NCBI RefSeq assembly: GCF_009914755.1
Contig: NC_060936.1
DNA length: 64,000 nucleotides
Reading direction: 5' to 3' (one strand)
From: the human T2T-CHM13v2.0 reference genome, Homo sapiens
Shown: piece by piece, positions 13,999-27,417 of the stretch
How positions within the stretch are numbered: the stretch's first letter is position 1
Layout of the letters: every line of letters starts with the position of its first letter
The notes under the pieces: model-generated
The model's database searches: none
What the model was told of the DNA's origin: nothing
The model's input: only the letters and a program-made list of their open reading frames with translations
Position numbers and translations under genes: made by a program

Positions 13999-14615
13999 GT
14001 CTTGGGAAATGGATAAAAAGAATGAAATCAGGAAGGCACATAAGACTTCCAATTTTATCTGTAATATTTTCTTAATGCCAAAGGAAATACATCAAAATAT
14101 TAAGAGTTGATAAAGCTGGGTGTTGGGTACATAAGGCATTTGTATATTTATTATTTTCTAACTTTTCTACAAACTGGCCTGTTTTCTTCATTGAAACTTT
14201 GTACCAAAATCTCTGAGTTGGTCAATTCTGCTGTTGTTATTTCAATTTTAAATACATTTTTGCAGTATAAACACTCTAAGAAATGTCCTATTTGACTCTT
14301 TACTCCATTTCTAACAATTCAGCTAACTCATTACCCCACTTCCAAATCACAGGAGATAATCCTACCTTCTCCTCATCCTCCTTTTTCTTCTCATTTTATT
14401 ATTTTTAAAGTAAAATATACCTTGCAGACTGGTATGAATGGCCTTATTTTGCTTAGCCAACACTTTCCCAGAATTGGAAACGATAAATCTTAATAATGAG
14501 CAAATACTTTGGGCACCTCCACTTTCGCAGCTGCCAAATCCACAGCTATTTCTCAAGTTAACAATTCACACTCACTTCCAGCTTAGCTGGTTTTTATCAG
14601 CAGCATCCTGACAAG

Positions 14616-14851
14616 CCTGGGGACAGCTAAGACAATTGGTGTAATTATTTTTTTCTTTGCCTGTTTCTTTCTCCCAATATCTCAAGCCCTTCCAGGAAAT
14701 GATGGCTCCGGAACATCTTAAACTAACTTCCTAAATGCAACTTTTAGGAATAGTCCGTCTTTTTGTTTCTTCTTAGTATTACCCTTAATAAAATGTAAAA
14801 TGACTTAATGAATTAATTTCTATTTAAATCTCTCTAAACTAGAAAAAAATC
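14616..14851 (+). repeat. Dispersed duplication copy B (partner 12623-12858)
   Basis: See copy A. Confidence 0.97.
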
Positions 14852-15504
14852 TTGGTTTGGGTGACTTAAAAAATAATGTGGTGTTTGCCAGTGCACAGTG
14901 CACAGTAGAAGGGCTATTGGATCTTCTTAACTCTTCGATGGGCCCTGGGTAAAGATTTTGGGAGACAAACATCCATGGGTTTTCATGTTTGCCTGAGTAT
15001 CCTGCTGGAAAATGTATATTTTGATTTGTATAATACAATGTCAATGTTCTGAATAAATTATCTATTCCAATGATTCAAAATTAAAAATCATAAAGGATAA
15101 CTGAAAACTTATTCTCCCATTGCTGCCTCTCAGCTCCTCAGCCAAAGTTGCTATCCATTGTCTTGTTAGCCTTCCAGAGTTATTCATTCGATGCTTCTAC
15201 AAACACCAAGTCTGAGGCTTTGCCTGTCTTTACACAAATGCTTCACGTTATGGACCCAGCTTTGCATCTGGAACATGTGATCTTTGTGGTATGAGAGCTT
15301 TGGTTGTTTTCTTGTGTGACAATGGAATGACTGGCCTGGAAGTGAGGTTGTAAGCAGTCCCATGTTTCCATCTGACCCCAGGGCCAGCAAGGATAATTCC
15401 CCACATGCCTAGAAGGTAAGTGGTGAACGGCATTCGTGATGAAAGCACAAGGAGGCCCTGGCAGAGGTGGCTCACACCGCTGTGAAGGAGAGCACCAGGA
15501 TTCA

Positions 15505-15796
<292 letters not shown>

Positions 15797-16379
15797 TGAA
15801 TGTAACACTTATGCTGTGCAAAGTTGATTATTTTAGTCACATTGAAATTTATTGTTTTTAATCAGCCATATTAGCTAAAGTCTATGTACAATAAAATTCA
15901 CCCATTTTACCTATACATATCAATGAAAGTTGACAAATATATATACAGTCATGTAACAGCCATCATTATCAAGCTATAGAATTTTCCCATTACCCCAAAA
16001 CATTCTCCTCTGCTCCATCGTATTCAATATCCTCTGCATCCCTCCCAACCCCAACAATCACTAACATGCTTTCTCTCATAGTTTTGGCATTTCAAGAATT
16101 GTTCATAAATGAGATCATAAAGTATGTAGTCATTGGTTTGGCATTTTCAAATAGCATAATTCTTTTTAGATTCAATCACGCACTTTCATCTATTATATAT
16201 TCCTTTTTAGTGTTGATTGGCATTCCATTGTGGGGATAAATCACAATTTATCCACTTTTCACTTCCTAGACATTTGGGTTTTTTCTAGTTTGGGGCTGTA
16301 GTGAATAAGGCTGCAATAACATTTATGTTCAAGTCTTTGTGTGAACATAGTGTTAGCATACAGTTTTAGTTAACAGCTG

Positions 16380-16814
16380 TGTTAAAAGAAAAACTTCAGC
16401 TGAATTAAATTTAAAGGTTTTTAATTGAGCAATGAAAGATTCACGAATCAGACAGCCCCCAAATCATAGCAGATTTGGAGAGATTCCAGGGGTGCCTCGT
16501 GGTCAGAACAAAATTCTTGAAAAAAATAAAAAAGTAAAGTGATGTACAGAAATCGGAAGTGAGGTACCAAAACAGCTGGATTGGTTACAGCTCAGCATTT
16601 GTCTTATTTGAACACAGTTTGAACACTCAGCAGTGTATGACTGGTTGAAGTATGGCTGCTGGGATTGGCCGAGACTCAACAATTGTACAGGCACATACTG
16701 CTAAGTTCGGTTTTCAACCTTGTCTACCTATTAAGTTAGGTTGCAGTTCATCCACAAAGACTCAAATAAAGAAGTACAGAGCCTTTCTTGGGCCATATTT
16801 AGTTTGCTTTAACA
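16380..16814 (-). mobile_element. MER57-type ERV1 solo LTR
   Basis: 'tgttaaaagaaaaacttcagctgaattaaatttaaagg...cagctggattggttacag...ggccatatttagtttgctttaaca'. Confidence 0.85.
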
Positions 16815-17288
16815 CCTATGAGTAAAAGTGTTGGGTCTTGTTTTAAGGGCACGTTTAACTGTGTAAGAAATTGCACAACTGTTTTCAAAGTGCTTTTCAA
16901 CAATTTTGCATTCCCATCAGCAATACATAAGCAGTCTCGTTGCTCCCAAATCCTGGATAGCGCTTGGAATTGTCAGTCTTGTTCATCTGAACCACCTAAT
17001 CGGTGTGAAGCAGTATCTCATTGTGGTTTTAATTCATTTCTCTACTGACCAATTATATCAACCATCTTCTCATGTGCTTATGAATTATGCGTATATCTTC
17101 TTTGCTATAGTACTCTTCTAAGATTTTGATCACTTTTAAAATTGGTCGTTTATTTCCTTATCATTGCATTATAAGTACTTCTTATCATTGGACTATATAG
17201 TCTGCATATATATCTTTTATCAGATATAGACCTTGCAGATATTTTCTCTTCATCTTTAGCTTGTCATGACTTTGAAAATGAGTTGATC

Positions 17289-17307
17289 ATATATGTATAT
17301 ATGTATG

Positions 17308-17351
<44 letters not shown>
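17289..17351. repeat. (TA)n microsatellite, about (TA)18 pure at 17314-17350
   Basis: Direct reading. Confidence 0.97.
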
Positions 17352-17353
<2 letters not shown>

Positions 17354-17364
17354 TACATTTCTAG

Positions 17365-17708
<344 letters not shown>

Positions 17709-19165
17709 TTATTTCTATATGCTTATGCCAAAACCACACTATTTTGATTACTGTCAAGTAATCTTTGAAAGTAAGCTTTGAAATCAGTTTGTATGATTCT
17801 ATAATTTTTATTTTTTCTGAGGTTTTGTGCTGTTTTTTCAAAGTTCTTTGTAATTCCAAATGCTGATTTCAGTCTTTTGTGTACACTCCACTGCCTTCAG
17901 TTAGTTGTTGTTTTATATATAGTTTCTAATTGAAAGCATTAATCTGAAAAGATTCACCCAGCCATTAGCAGAAGAAGCCTCACCAGTGTTAAAGTCTTAA
18001 AGGCAGCTCCTGTTTCCATGGACTCTGTGATACCTAAGGGGGATTTCAAGAAGATTCAAAATGACTGTGACTATTCGCTTTCTCCAACAAAGGCATCTGC
18101 CTTTGAGTCAGTCATCACTAATGATCATGGAACCTCAAAACAAGACACAATACCACATGTGATTATTTTAACAGCACAAAAGCAAATTAAAAAAATAAAA
18201 GCAAGATCAGCAGAGATAGAAAGAAAACATTAGCCAAGAAAAAAACCCAAATGATCCATAGGAAAAAAACAGTTCAATCCACTTTCCTTGAACACCTAAA
18301 ATGTGAAAGTATTCTGAGACATTTTAAGATGAGCCCAAACAGGACCTTCATTCTCATCAATCCTCATTTTTAGTAGAATTGTTAAGAGAAGCCCAAAAGT
18401 ACATTGATATGTTAAATGACATTTCAGTTAAAAAATCAGACATTTATCTGATAAACATAACATTGACAGTCACGTTATTTTCATACCTGTCTATTTATCT
18501 GATGGTTGTTCAATACTTCTCAAGTGGGTAGAAATTCAATGGACAAAAAAAAATTGTATAGGCTCCTGAAATCCAAAAGTGTATAAATCTGCCCAAGTGA
18601 GAAGGTCTCCTTCAAGAAACATGCATTTCCCTGAGTCCAATTAATTAAAACTCTATGATTTCATCGCATCCCCTACTTGGCCCATTATATTAATTACAAC
18701 AGCCTCACAAGCTTTCTTATAGGCCTATTACTCTAAAGTAACTAGATCTTAAGTCAACCACAGTTAAAAGGTTTGAGTACATGTGACTTCTCTAATTTCT
18801 TTGTTAATTAGATCTACTCAAGCACTCCTGAAGTTTTCATGGAAATGTGCTCTTATCGATAGTCTGTTGATTATGAATTTATTTTGTCTCACTGAGCAAG
18901 TATGAGCCAGATTTGTGTATAAAAAATGGAAAATTATATTTTAAAAAATTATGTTTTGTCTTGCAAAGTGTGCTTAAGTCCAGGGGAAGAATACAAAAAT
19001 AAGATGGCCCAGGATAGGAAATGAGTATTATGTGCATTACCGGAGTGGCCATTTCTCTGGGTTCCAGGAAAGGGAAGACAGATTCATGTAGAGTTCAGGT
19101 GCTGGTACCTGTGAATTTGCCCAAGGCCCGGGTCGTTTCAACTGAACTCAGAAACCTCAGTGTAA

Positions 19166-19281
19166 GAAATGGAATCGTAAGAGCCTTCGAAATGGAATCG
19201 TTAAGAGCCTTCGAAATGGAATCGTAAGAGCCTTCGAAATGGAATCGTAAGAGCCTTCGAAATGGAATCGTAAGAGCCTTC
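19166..19281. repeat. 23-bp minisatellite x5
   Basis: gaaatggaatcgtaagagccttc x5; unit 2 has one extra T. Confidence 0.98.
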
Positions 19282-20119
19282 TAAGGAAATGGAAATGAAG
19301 TCTGGATAATGATGACATCTGGAAGTGGTAAGCACCAGGTCAGTCCCTTGGAGGATAAAAACGACGAATTGACCTAAAAAGATAGAATGAAAAGTGAAAT
19401 CTGAACCAGCTTGGTTTTCCTGACCGTGCACTAATGAAGGGCTCTGGGGTGATACGGTGGACATTCTGAGAGACTGATCTTTGACATAACTATCATCCTC
19501 CCCCTCAACCCATGGCCACTAAGGAGAGTCAGAACCATGCTGGGAACAAAGCATAGCCTGGTGGTGCTTCCAGTGTCCAAATGAAGGCAGGAGATTGTGT
19601 CTTCAGCTCTGAACCTGCAAGATCAGGATCCACAAAGCCAATTCCTTGAAAACACTATTTAGTCCTAAGGTGATAATGTGTTCCTTTTCTTTGATCCAGG
19701 TCGACTTACTCATCCTAATTAGAGGTGCTGGGAGTGTGAGGACAGAATTTTCTGAACCTTGATTCAAGACATGTGGTCTGATGAGCGTGAACTCCTTAGA
19801 GAAACAGAACATTCAAAGTTAGGAATCTCCATAAAATGCAGTTTAGTGCACCAGTGAAGATAAAAGGGAAAACTAGAGACACAATAATCTACAGTCTCAA
19901 ATTCTTCAAAATACTGTGAATGTACACTTCTCATTGGGGTTCCATGTTTTGGATATAACTCATTCATTAAAACATTAAAACATTAATTAAATGTTTTTTT
20001 AACATTCATTACAGCATTTGATACATAGTTTCCTTGCAGTTACCGTGTGCCAAGCTCTGTTCTCAGCGCAGAGACAGTGATCAGCAAGTTAGATGGGATT
20101 CCTCCTCCCCTGGAGCTTA

Positions 20120-20428
20120 TTTTTTTTCCTTTTTTTTTTTCTTTTTTTATTGAGACGGAGTCTCACACTGTCACCTGTGCTGGAGGGCAATGGCACAATC
20201 TCAGCTCACTGCAACCTCTGCCTCCCAGGTTCAACCAATTCTCCTTGCCTCAAGCTCCCAAGTAGCTGGGATTACAGGTGCCCGCCACCATGCCTGGCTA
20301 ATTTTTTTTTTTTTTTGTATTTTTAGTAGAGATGGGGTTTCACTATGTTGGTCAGGCTGGTCTCAAACTCCTGACCTCATGATCTGCCTGCCTCGGCCTC
20401 CCAAAGTGCTGGGATTACAGGGCCCCGG
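20120..20428 (-). mobile_element. AluS
   Basis: Dimer; TSD 'ccctggagcttatttt'. Confidence 0.95.
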
Positions 20429-20499
20429 CCCTGGAGCTTATTTTCTAGTGAGATGAGACAGCACACAAAAAAATAAACGAGACAGTTATTAAACAATGG

Positions 20500-20875
20500 A
20501 TGTGGTAGCCATTTGTGCTTTCTCCTAAATTTTGGGCCGTCCAACTTCCCAAAGGATAAGATGGAACTCTTGGCCCATGTGTGGTTGGGTGAAGGCAAAT
20601 GACGAGTTCTGAACAATGCTCTATGAGCCAGAGTTTTGTGTCTCCCTTCCAGGCAAGAGCATTTTATTGCGGGCGCAAAACTTCTCAAACCTCTCTCTGC
20701 TTTAGTTCCAGCCCAGCTCATGAAGGGGATGACCCTGCCTCTTCAGCCATCGGAGCTACCACACTGATCAGAGCCTTTCAACTGGCCTCAACAGATCCAT
20801 AGTAAGAGAAAAATCTCTGTTCTTTAAATCCACTGGGGCATTTGCCATCACAGAGTGAACTAGCCTATACTGACT
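20500..20875 (+). mobile_element. Old MLT1 (H/J-like) LTR
   Basis: 'tgtggtagccatttgtg...cttggcccatgt...tttaaatccactgggg...tagcctatactgactg'. Confidence 0.55.
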
Positions 20876-21104
20876 GCTGCAGAGGTATGCAGAGATGAAG
20901 GTAAAACAAGGTAAAGTGATGGTGAGAGTGATAATTTAAGTAGAGTGGTGAAAGAAAATGTCTCTGGGGAAGTAACATTTGAGATCTCATCAAGAGAGGA
21001 CAAGAATCAATGGTCCAGACTAGGAAGACAGCAAGGGCAAAGGCACTCAGATGGTAATAAGTTTACCAAGTTCAAGTGCCCATGCTCTACAGACATGTTC
21101 AGGC

Positions 21105-21362
21105 ACACATACACTCCTGCATGCATGCACTCATGTGCACACACACTGACTGCAGGCATGCACTCGTCTCTATACACATAGACCTACACACACAGGAGCT
21201 CATGTGCACATATATGTGCACACTTAAAAATGCACTCTGCACGAGCACGCACTCGTGCACTCACATGTACTCATGTACACACAAACCGAGCACACACATC
21301 CACACACTCCCACATGTGTACACACACACTCACATACACACAAATACCTACACAAACTCACA
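21105..21362. repeat. Degenerate CA/TGCA-rich simple repeat
   Basis: Direct reading. Confidence 0.9.
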
Positions 21363-21576
21363 GTGGAGTTAAAAATAGGAGACAGAGGGTGAACGAACCA
21401 TTTCCCACAGTCCATCTGCAGATAGTTCCATGACCCAGCCGTCAGCCTAAAGAGTCAGGCACCAGTGACACAGGCCTGTTCCATCCAACCTCACAACAAC
21501 CCAGCAAGGTGAGGGACTTTCCAGATACCAGCTGCAACAGTGAACGTTGCTGGCTGCAGAGCCCTAGCCCGGTCTT

Positions 21577-21750
21577 TATTAGTTTGCTAGGGCTGCTATA
21601 ACAAAGTACTGCAGACTGGGTGAGTTAACAGAAATGCATAGTTTCACAGGTCTGGAGGCCAGAAGTGCAAGATCAAGGTGTCGGCAGGGCTGGTTCCTCC
21701 TGAGGGACGTGAGGGAACCATCTGTTCCAGGCCTGTCTTCCTGGCTTGGA
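21577..21750 (-). mobile_element. MLT1B/C LTR fragment
   Basis: 'tattagtttgctagggctgctataacaaagtac...tctggaggccagaagtgcaagatcaaggtgtcggcagggctggttcct'. Confidence 0.85.
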
Positions 21751-22164
21751 AACAACCAACACTTCTACCATACAGTATTATCTGGGACTGATCACTAAAT
21801 GCTGCCCACCTGCAAGAGAAAGAAAATGAAGCTCTATTTTTTGAATGGAGGATTATCGAAATAATGTTTGTGTCTATTTTACAACTACCACTGGCCTACT
21901 GAGCAAACATTAATGATAGCTGAATTAAGACCTTGGAGGCTTGAGAGCCTTGGGTTTGAATTCCTTTTCTGTCACTTAGTGATAGTTTGACCTTGGATTA
22001 ACCTCTTCATACCTCTGTTTTCATCTCCGTAAATTAGAATAACAATAACTATATCACCTAGGGATTGTGAGGTTTTAATCAGATAATGTAAAGTAGGTAG
22101 ATAAAATATACGTATTTGTCACAATGAGCTCAACCCATCATTGCTAACATTTTAATTACTATTA

Positions 22165-22499
<335 letters not shown>

Positions 22500-22599
22500 A
22501 GGGAGGCATTTGTTATTCTTAGCAGAATCAATCTGTGCTGAAAACAACCCCAACATAATATACCACATACTTAACTTTTTGTGGCTAGAATACAAAATC

Positions 22600-22996
22600 T
22601 ACTCTCTGATTTTCACGAATACAATACATTGTTATTAACTATAGTTGCCATGTTGTACAATAGATCTCTTGAACATATGACTTCTGTTTAACCAAATTTT
22701 TTTACCCGTTGACCAACATCTCCCCAACTCCCCATCCCAGCCCCCAGTAACTACCATGCTACTCTCAACTTCTACGGGTTCAACTTTTTAGATTTCACAT
22801 ATTAGTGAGATTTGGAATCAACCTAAGTGTGCATCAGTGAATGAATGGATAAAGACAGTACAATATATACACAATGAGATACTATTTAGTATTTTTTAAA
22901 GGAAATTATAATATTTGTAACAACATTGATGAACCTAGAGGACATTATGCTAAGTGAAATAAGCCAGGCACAGAAAGAAAAATCCCACATGATCTC
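22600..22996 (-). mobile_element. L1MA with twin-priming 5' inversion
   Basis: Antisense 3' part ends '...attagtgagat' (22811); sense part 'ttggaatcaacctaagtgt...cacatgatctc' follows, and the two are contiguous in L1 coordinates. Confidence 0.85.
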
Positions 22997-22999
22997 TCT

Positions 23000-24360
23000 T
23001 TAGCTTCAATGATGTCTTTTTTAAGCACAGAATTTTTAATTTGATGATATGCAGTTTATCTAGTGTTTTGTTTTGTTGATTGTTTGTTGTCATAGCTAAG
23101 AAATCATTACCTAATCCAGGTTTATGGAGATTTTCATCTATGTTTTCTTTCTATTTTAAAAAATTAAGGTGGAAAGCACATAACATAATATTAACTTTTT
23201 GGTGGCATTTAGCTCATTCTGATTGTTTCACAACCCACCTTTATCTAGTATGAAAACATTGTCATCACCCCCAAAAGAAAACTCTACCCATTCAGCGGTA
23301 ACTCCCCATTCCTCTCTTCTTGGAGCTGCTAGCAGCCACAAATCAGTTTACTGTCTCTATGGATTTACCTATTCAGAATATTTCATATAAATAAGATCAA
23401 AACTATGTGACCTTCTGTGTCTTCTTTTCCATAGCATAGCATTTCCAAGGTTGAACCACATTGTTGCATGTACAGTATTCAGTTCTTTTTGTAGGTAAAT
23501 AGTATTATGTTGCATGATATACCATATTGTATTTTTCCATTCACTGGTTGATAGACATTTAGGTTGTTTCTACAGTAGCTATTACAAATAGTGCTGCTAT
23601 GACTATTCATGCATGAGTGTTTGTTTCTGAACTTGTTTTCAGTTATTTTGCATGTATACCTAGAACTGGAGTCGTGGATCACATAACAATTTTATGTTTA
23701 AATTTTTAAGAAACTATCAAACTGATTTCCACATTGGCTGCATTTTTTACAGTCCTATTTGCTATATTTAAAGAATATATAACACCTGCTATTTTCCTTA
23801 TTTTTTGTTATAACCATCATAGTGGGTATAAAATGGTATCTTATTGTGGTTTTGATTTGCATTTTCCTACTGACTAATGATTGTAAATATCTTTTTTTCA
23901 TATGCTTGTTGGCCACTTGTGTATCTTTGGATGAATGTCAATTCAAGTCCTTTACACAGTTTTAAAAATAGGATTGTTTGCCTTTTGTTGTTGTTGTTGA
24001 ATTGTTAGAGTCCTTTATATAATATGGATTCTGGACCCTTATGCAACATATGATTTGAAAATATTTTTTTCTATTCTGTAGGTTGTCTTTTCAATGTTTT
24101 TATAGTGTACATTGATGTAGAAACGTAAAATCTAACATCTATTTTACTGTTACTGCTTGTGTTTTGGGTGTCATATCCAAGAACTAATTTCTAAATCCAA
24201 GTCATAAATATTTACTCCTATATTTTCTTCTAAGAGTTGTACAGTTTTAGCTCTTGTATTTGTACTGTTGATGAGTTTTAAGTTAATTATTGTATTAGGT
24301 GTGAAGTAGCAGTTCAGTTACATTCTTTTGCATGTGAATAATTGCTTTCTTTAGCACATA
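23000..24360 (-). mobile_element. L1MB-like 3' region
   Basis: 'tgtctctatggatttacctattc', 'tggtatcttattgtggttttgatttgcatttt', 'ttttcttctaagagtt'. Confidence 0.85.
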
Positions 24361-26546
24361 CTGATTATTTTTTAAATATGATCTTATGTCTTAAACAGAG
24401 TCCTACAAATAACAACACAATACACCATCAGTGCTGTTTTTAAGACTTTCTGAGTTGCATATAACATTTAGCATAACTAATTACCAAAAATGCATAGAAA
24501 TGTATTGGGGGATTCTCCCATAAGAAGGCACCAGAATTGATTTACCTCACACATCAGTGCTCCTCCTTCTAAGAGTATTCTGGCTGGCCCCTCTGCCTTT
24601 GAATGGAAACAAGTCATGAAATACTGCACATGGTATGACAGAAGCATTGAACTCAGTTTCTGACCCTGCAGTACAATATTTATAGCAATAACATATACGT
24701 TTGCTATTCATTATCTCTGTGATTTTTGCTTAGTCATTTAACCTCTCTTAGCCAGGGTGCCAACTATATGAATTCTCAGGTTCCGTGAAGATTTAACTAT
24801 CTCACCCTTCCCTGAATTTATCACTTGGTTATCTCAGATTAGGGTAAGAGAAAATCTATTTAGGTGAATGGAAAGAAAATCACAGGGATTGGAGGTACAA
24901 ATGGTACTGATAGTCACAAATGCATTATATTAGGGGAAAAGGCTGTCAGCACCAACAAGTGACAAACATTTACTGATAAGTATAAATAAAATTCATTTCT
25001 TAAGTGTGATTCAGCTGCATTTCTCCAATTCAGCCTGATCTCAATATCAGATTTTTATGGTAGACTAGAATATCATCTGCAAATAATGCCCACTTACTCT
25101 TTTTTCTTCGAATCTCTATTAGTTAGGTTTTGTTCTTTATTCAATCATCCAAAAACTTAATAGCTTAAAAGAATAATCAATCAACTGTCAAGCAGCTGTC
25201 CAGGCCGTGGCATGAGTGAGTGCCGCTGTGTCCAGCAAAGAGAAAGTCCAACTGAGTCCAGCCAAAATTGCAGACCCACACAATGACATGCTAAATAGAT
25301 ATTTGTTCCTCTAGGCATCTATGTTTGGGGTGGTTTGTTATGGAGCAAAAGCTAAATGATACACAGACCATAAAACTCAAGTCTTTTCCATGTATTATTT
25401 CTTTGGCTAGATATTCAGTGAAATGCCAGAATAGTTTTTCTTTTCTTGTTCCTAACTTTGATCTCTTATTAGGTATGGTGATTATGTTTCTAGTAGATAT
25501 TGCTTCAAATTAATACAGCTTCCTTTTATTCCTACATAATGAGGAGTTTTTTCATAAATTAGAAGCTTAAATAGAGACTGTCCTTAACTCTTTAAGCACT
25601 GATCAGCCACTTGTGGACAAATGAAAAACTTCTCAAGCAAACCACTTTGAGATCATGTTGAGGAGCTAACAATGGAAGAAACATAAACAAGTCATAAAAA
25701 ATGGTTCGAACATAATACAGGAGAACACCTAGATCAAATGATACATATTACAGTTACGAACTCAAGCTCAATAGGTATTCAGAGAAAAACTTGAGTTTGG
25801 CTTAAAAAATACATAGGGAGACAGAAAAGAAGCACTTAATGAGAGCGCGGCAAGAACAAAATCAAAGCATGGAGGCAGAAAACGGCCGCACTTGCTGGCA
25901 AGCATGTCAAGACAATAATACATCTTCTTCTTCCTAGGCCATAGGAAGACCATTTTCCCCAGAACCCCTTGAAGTTTCACTGGGACCATGACTCTGTATA
26001 CTGACTAGTTAAATGTGGGTAAAGTTAATATAAGCTACTTCCAGGCCTTCTTTTGAAAGAATTCTGTGAAATTTTCCAGCCTTTTTCTAGCACCTTCAAG
26101 ATAGCATGCTGGCAAGCACAGATTCTGGATGGCACAGCCCTCAGACAGAAGAGCTCAGTCCCCTGAGTCACACTTTGGAGGAAGCTGCCCCGGGAAATCC
26201 ATCCATATCTCATTAGACTCTGTAGAACATCTCAGATTTGAGAATTGCAACAATGTCTCTCATTAATGACCTGGACTCATGAGAGTCCAGTAGTTTAAAT
26301 ATCCCTGTGAATTCCTTTCTGATCAGCCATTCTGTGTTACGCCCAGTGGCCTAGAATCCTACTTCCCTCCTCTCTATGATCAAAGGCAGCATTAGTTTTT
26401 GAATCTAAGAGAAAAAGAATCATTTTCCCATTTTCTGTGAAGGGTGATGTACCTGTTGTAAGAAATCTACAATCCATCAAGGTTATTGAATAACAGGATC
26501 ATAACATATCTGATAAAGAGTATTTAAAAGTAAAAGGTGGAGAACA

Positions 26547-27417
26547 TGTTAGCTCTGGGAAACATATCTGAGTCACGCAGCACCAAAGTGTGTTAGCAGC
26601 CACAAATCCATGCGGCTCCACAGCAACCTCAATTCTAGCAGAATGAAGAAAGAATTTGCCCGAGGGGCATATGGCAGAGTGAGAGATCGAGGCAAGCTTT
26701 AGAGCAGGAGTGAAAGTTTATTAAAAAGCTTTAGAGCAGGGATGAAAAGAAGTACACTTGGAAGAGGGTCAAGTGGGTGACTTGAAGGATCAAGTGCACC
26801 GTTTGACCTTTGGCTTGGGGCTTTTTGCCTTGTCATGCTCCTGGGGTCTCCATCTCTTTTCCCCTGATTCTTCCCTTGGGGCTACAAAGCCTTAGTCTGT
26901 TTGTTACACTAGGAAGCTAGTCAGACATGAACAGGGGAAGGGAGGGCGCCATCACCCCAGGAATGTCAGGCGCCCATCAGGTGATGGTCAGGCGGTTGTT
27001 ACACTGTCTCTCTAAGGACTGTCCGCGTGCACCGAGGCTTGCTAGCACTTGAGAGGGGCCGCCTGCACAGTGTCTTTTCTCAAGTTGTGCGCATGCTCAC
27101 TGTAGGTGTTTTTCCCTTACTGGTGTCCCTAGAGGAAGGTCATACCGGTTAACTGCCGCCATTTTGCCTCCTAGTGTGCATGCTCAAGCTCACTCTTCCA
27201 GCTCCTGAGATCTCACTGGGAAGCTGCTGATCATGTTTCCGGGTTTTCTATCTATTGGGAGACTGCCATTCCCTGGCACCAGCTGTGACCGATTATTATT
27301 TTAGAGATACAGGTGTAACAACTGCCTGGCCATCACCTGATGGTCTCCTGACATTCCTAGGGGTGGCGGTTCCCCTCCCTTCCCCTGCTCATGTCTGACA
27401 AGTTATCTCCACTAACA
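26547..27417 (-). mobile_element. MER50-type ERV1 solo LTR containing an inverted self-copy
   Basis: 'gaggcaagctttagagcaggagtgaaagtttattaaaaagc', 'ccatcacctgatggt', TG...CA ends; TSD aaca/aaga. Confidence 0.85.

Noticed and set aside
19166-19281. CRISPR-like appearance of the short repeat arrays (also 29881, 43794, 46265)
   Set aside because: Head-to-tail units without unique spacers, in eukaryotic DNA with no cas genes.
21076-21433. His/Thr/Cys-rich ORFs
   Set aside because: Translations of a CA-rich simple repeat.
26271-26290. Small perfect hairpins (ctggactc-atga-gagtccag; also cagggcg-acgc-cgccctg near 38042)
   Set aside because: Stems of 7-8 bp are expected by chance in 64 kb and there is no consensus to show a switch.
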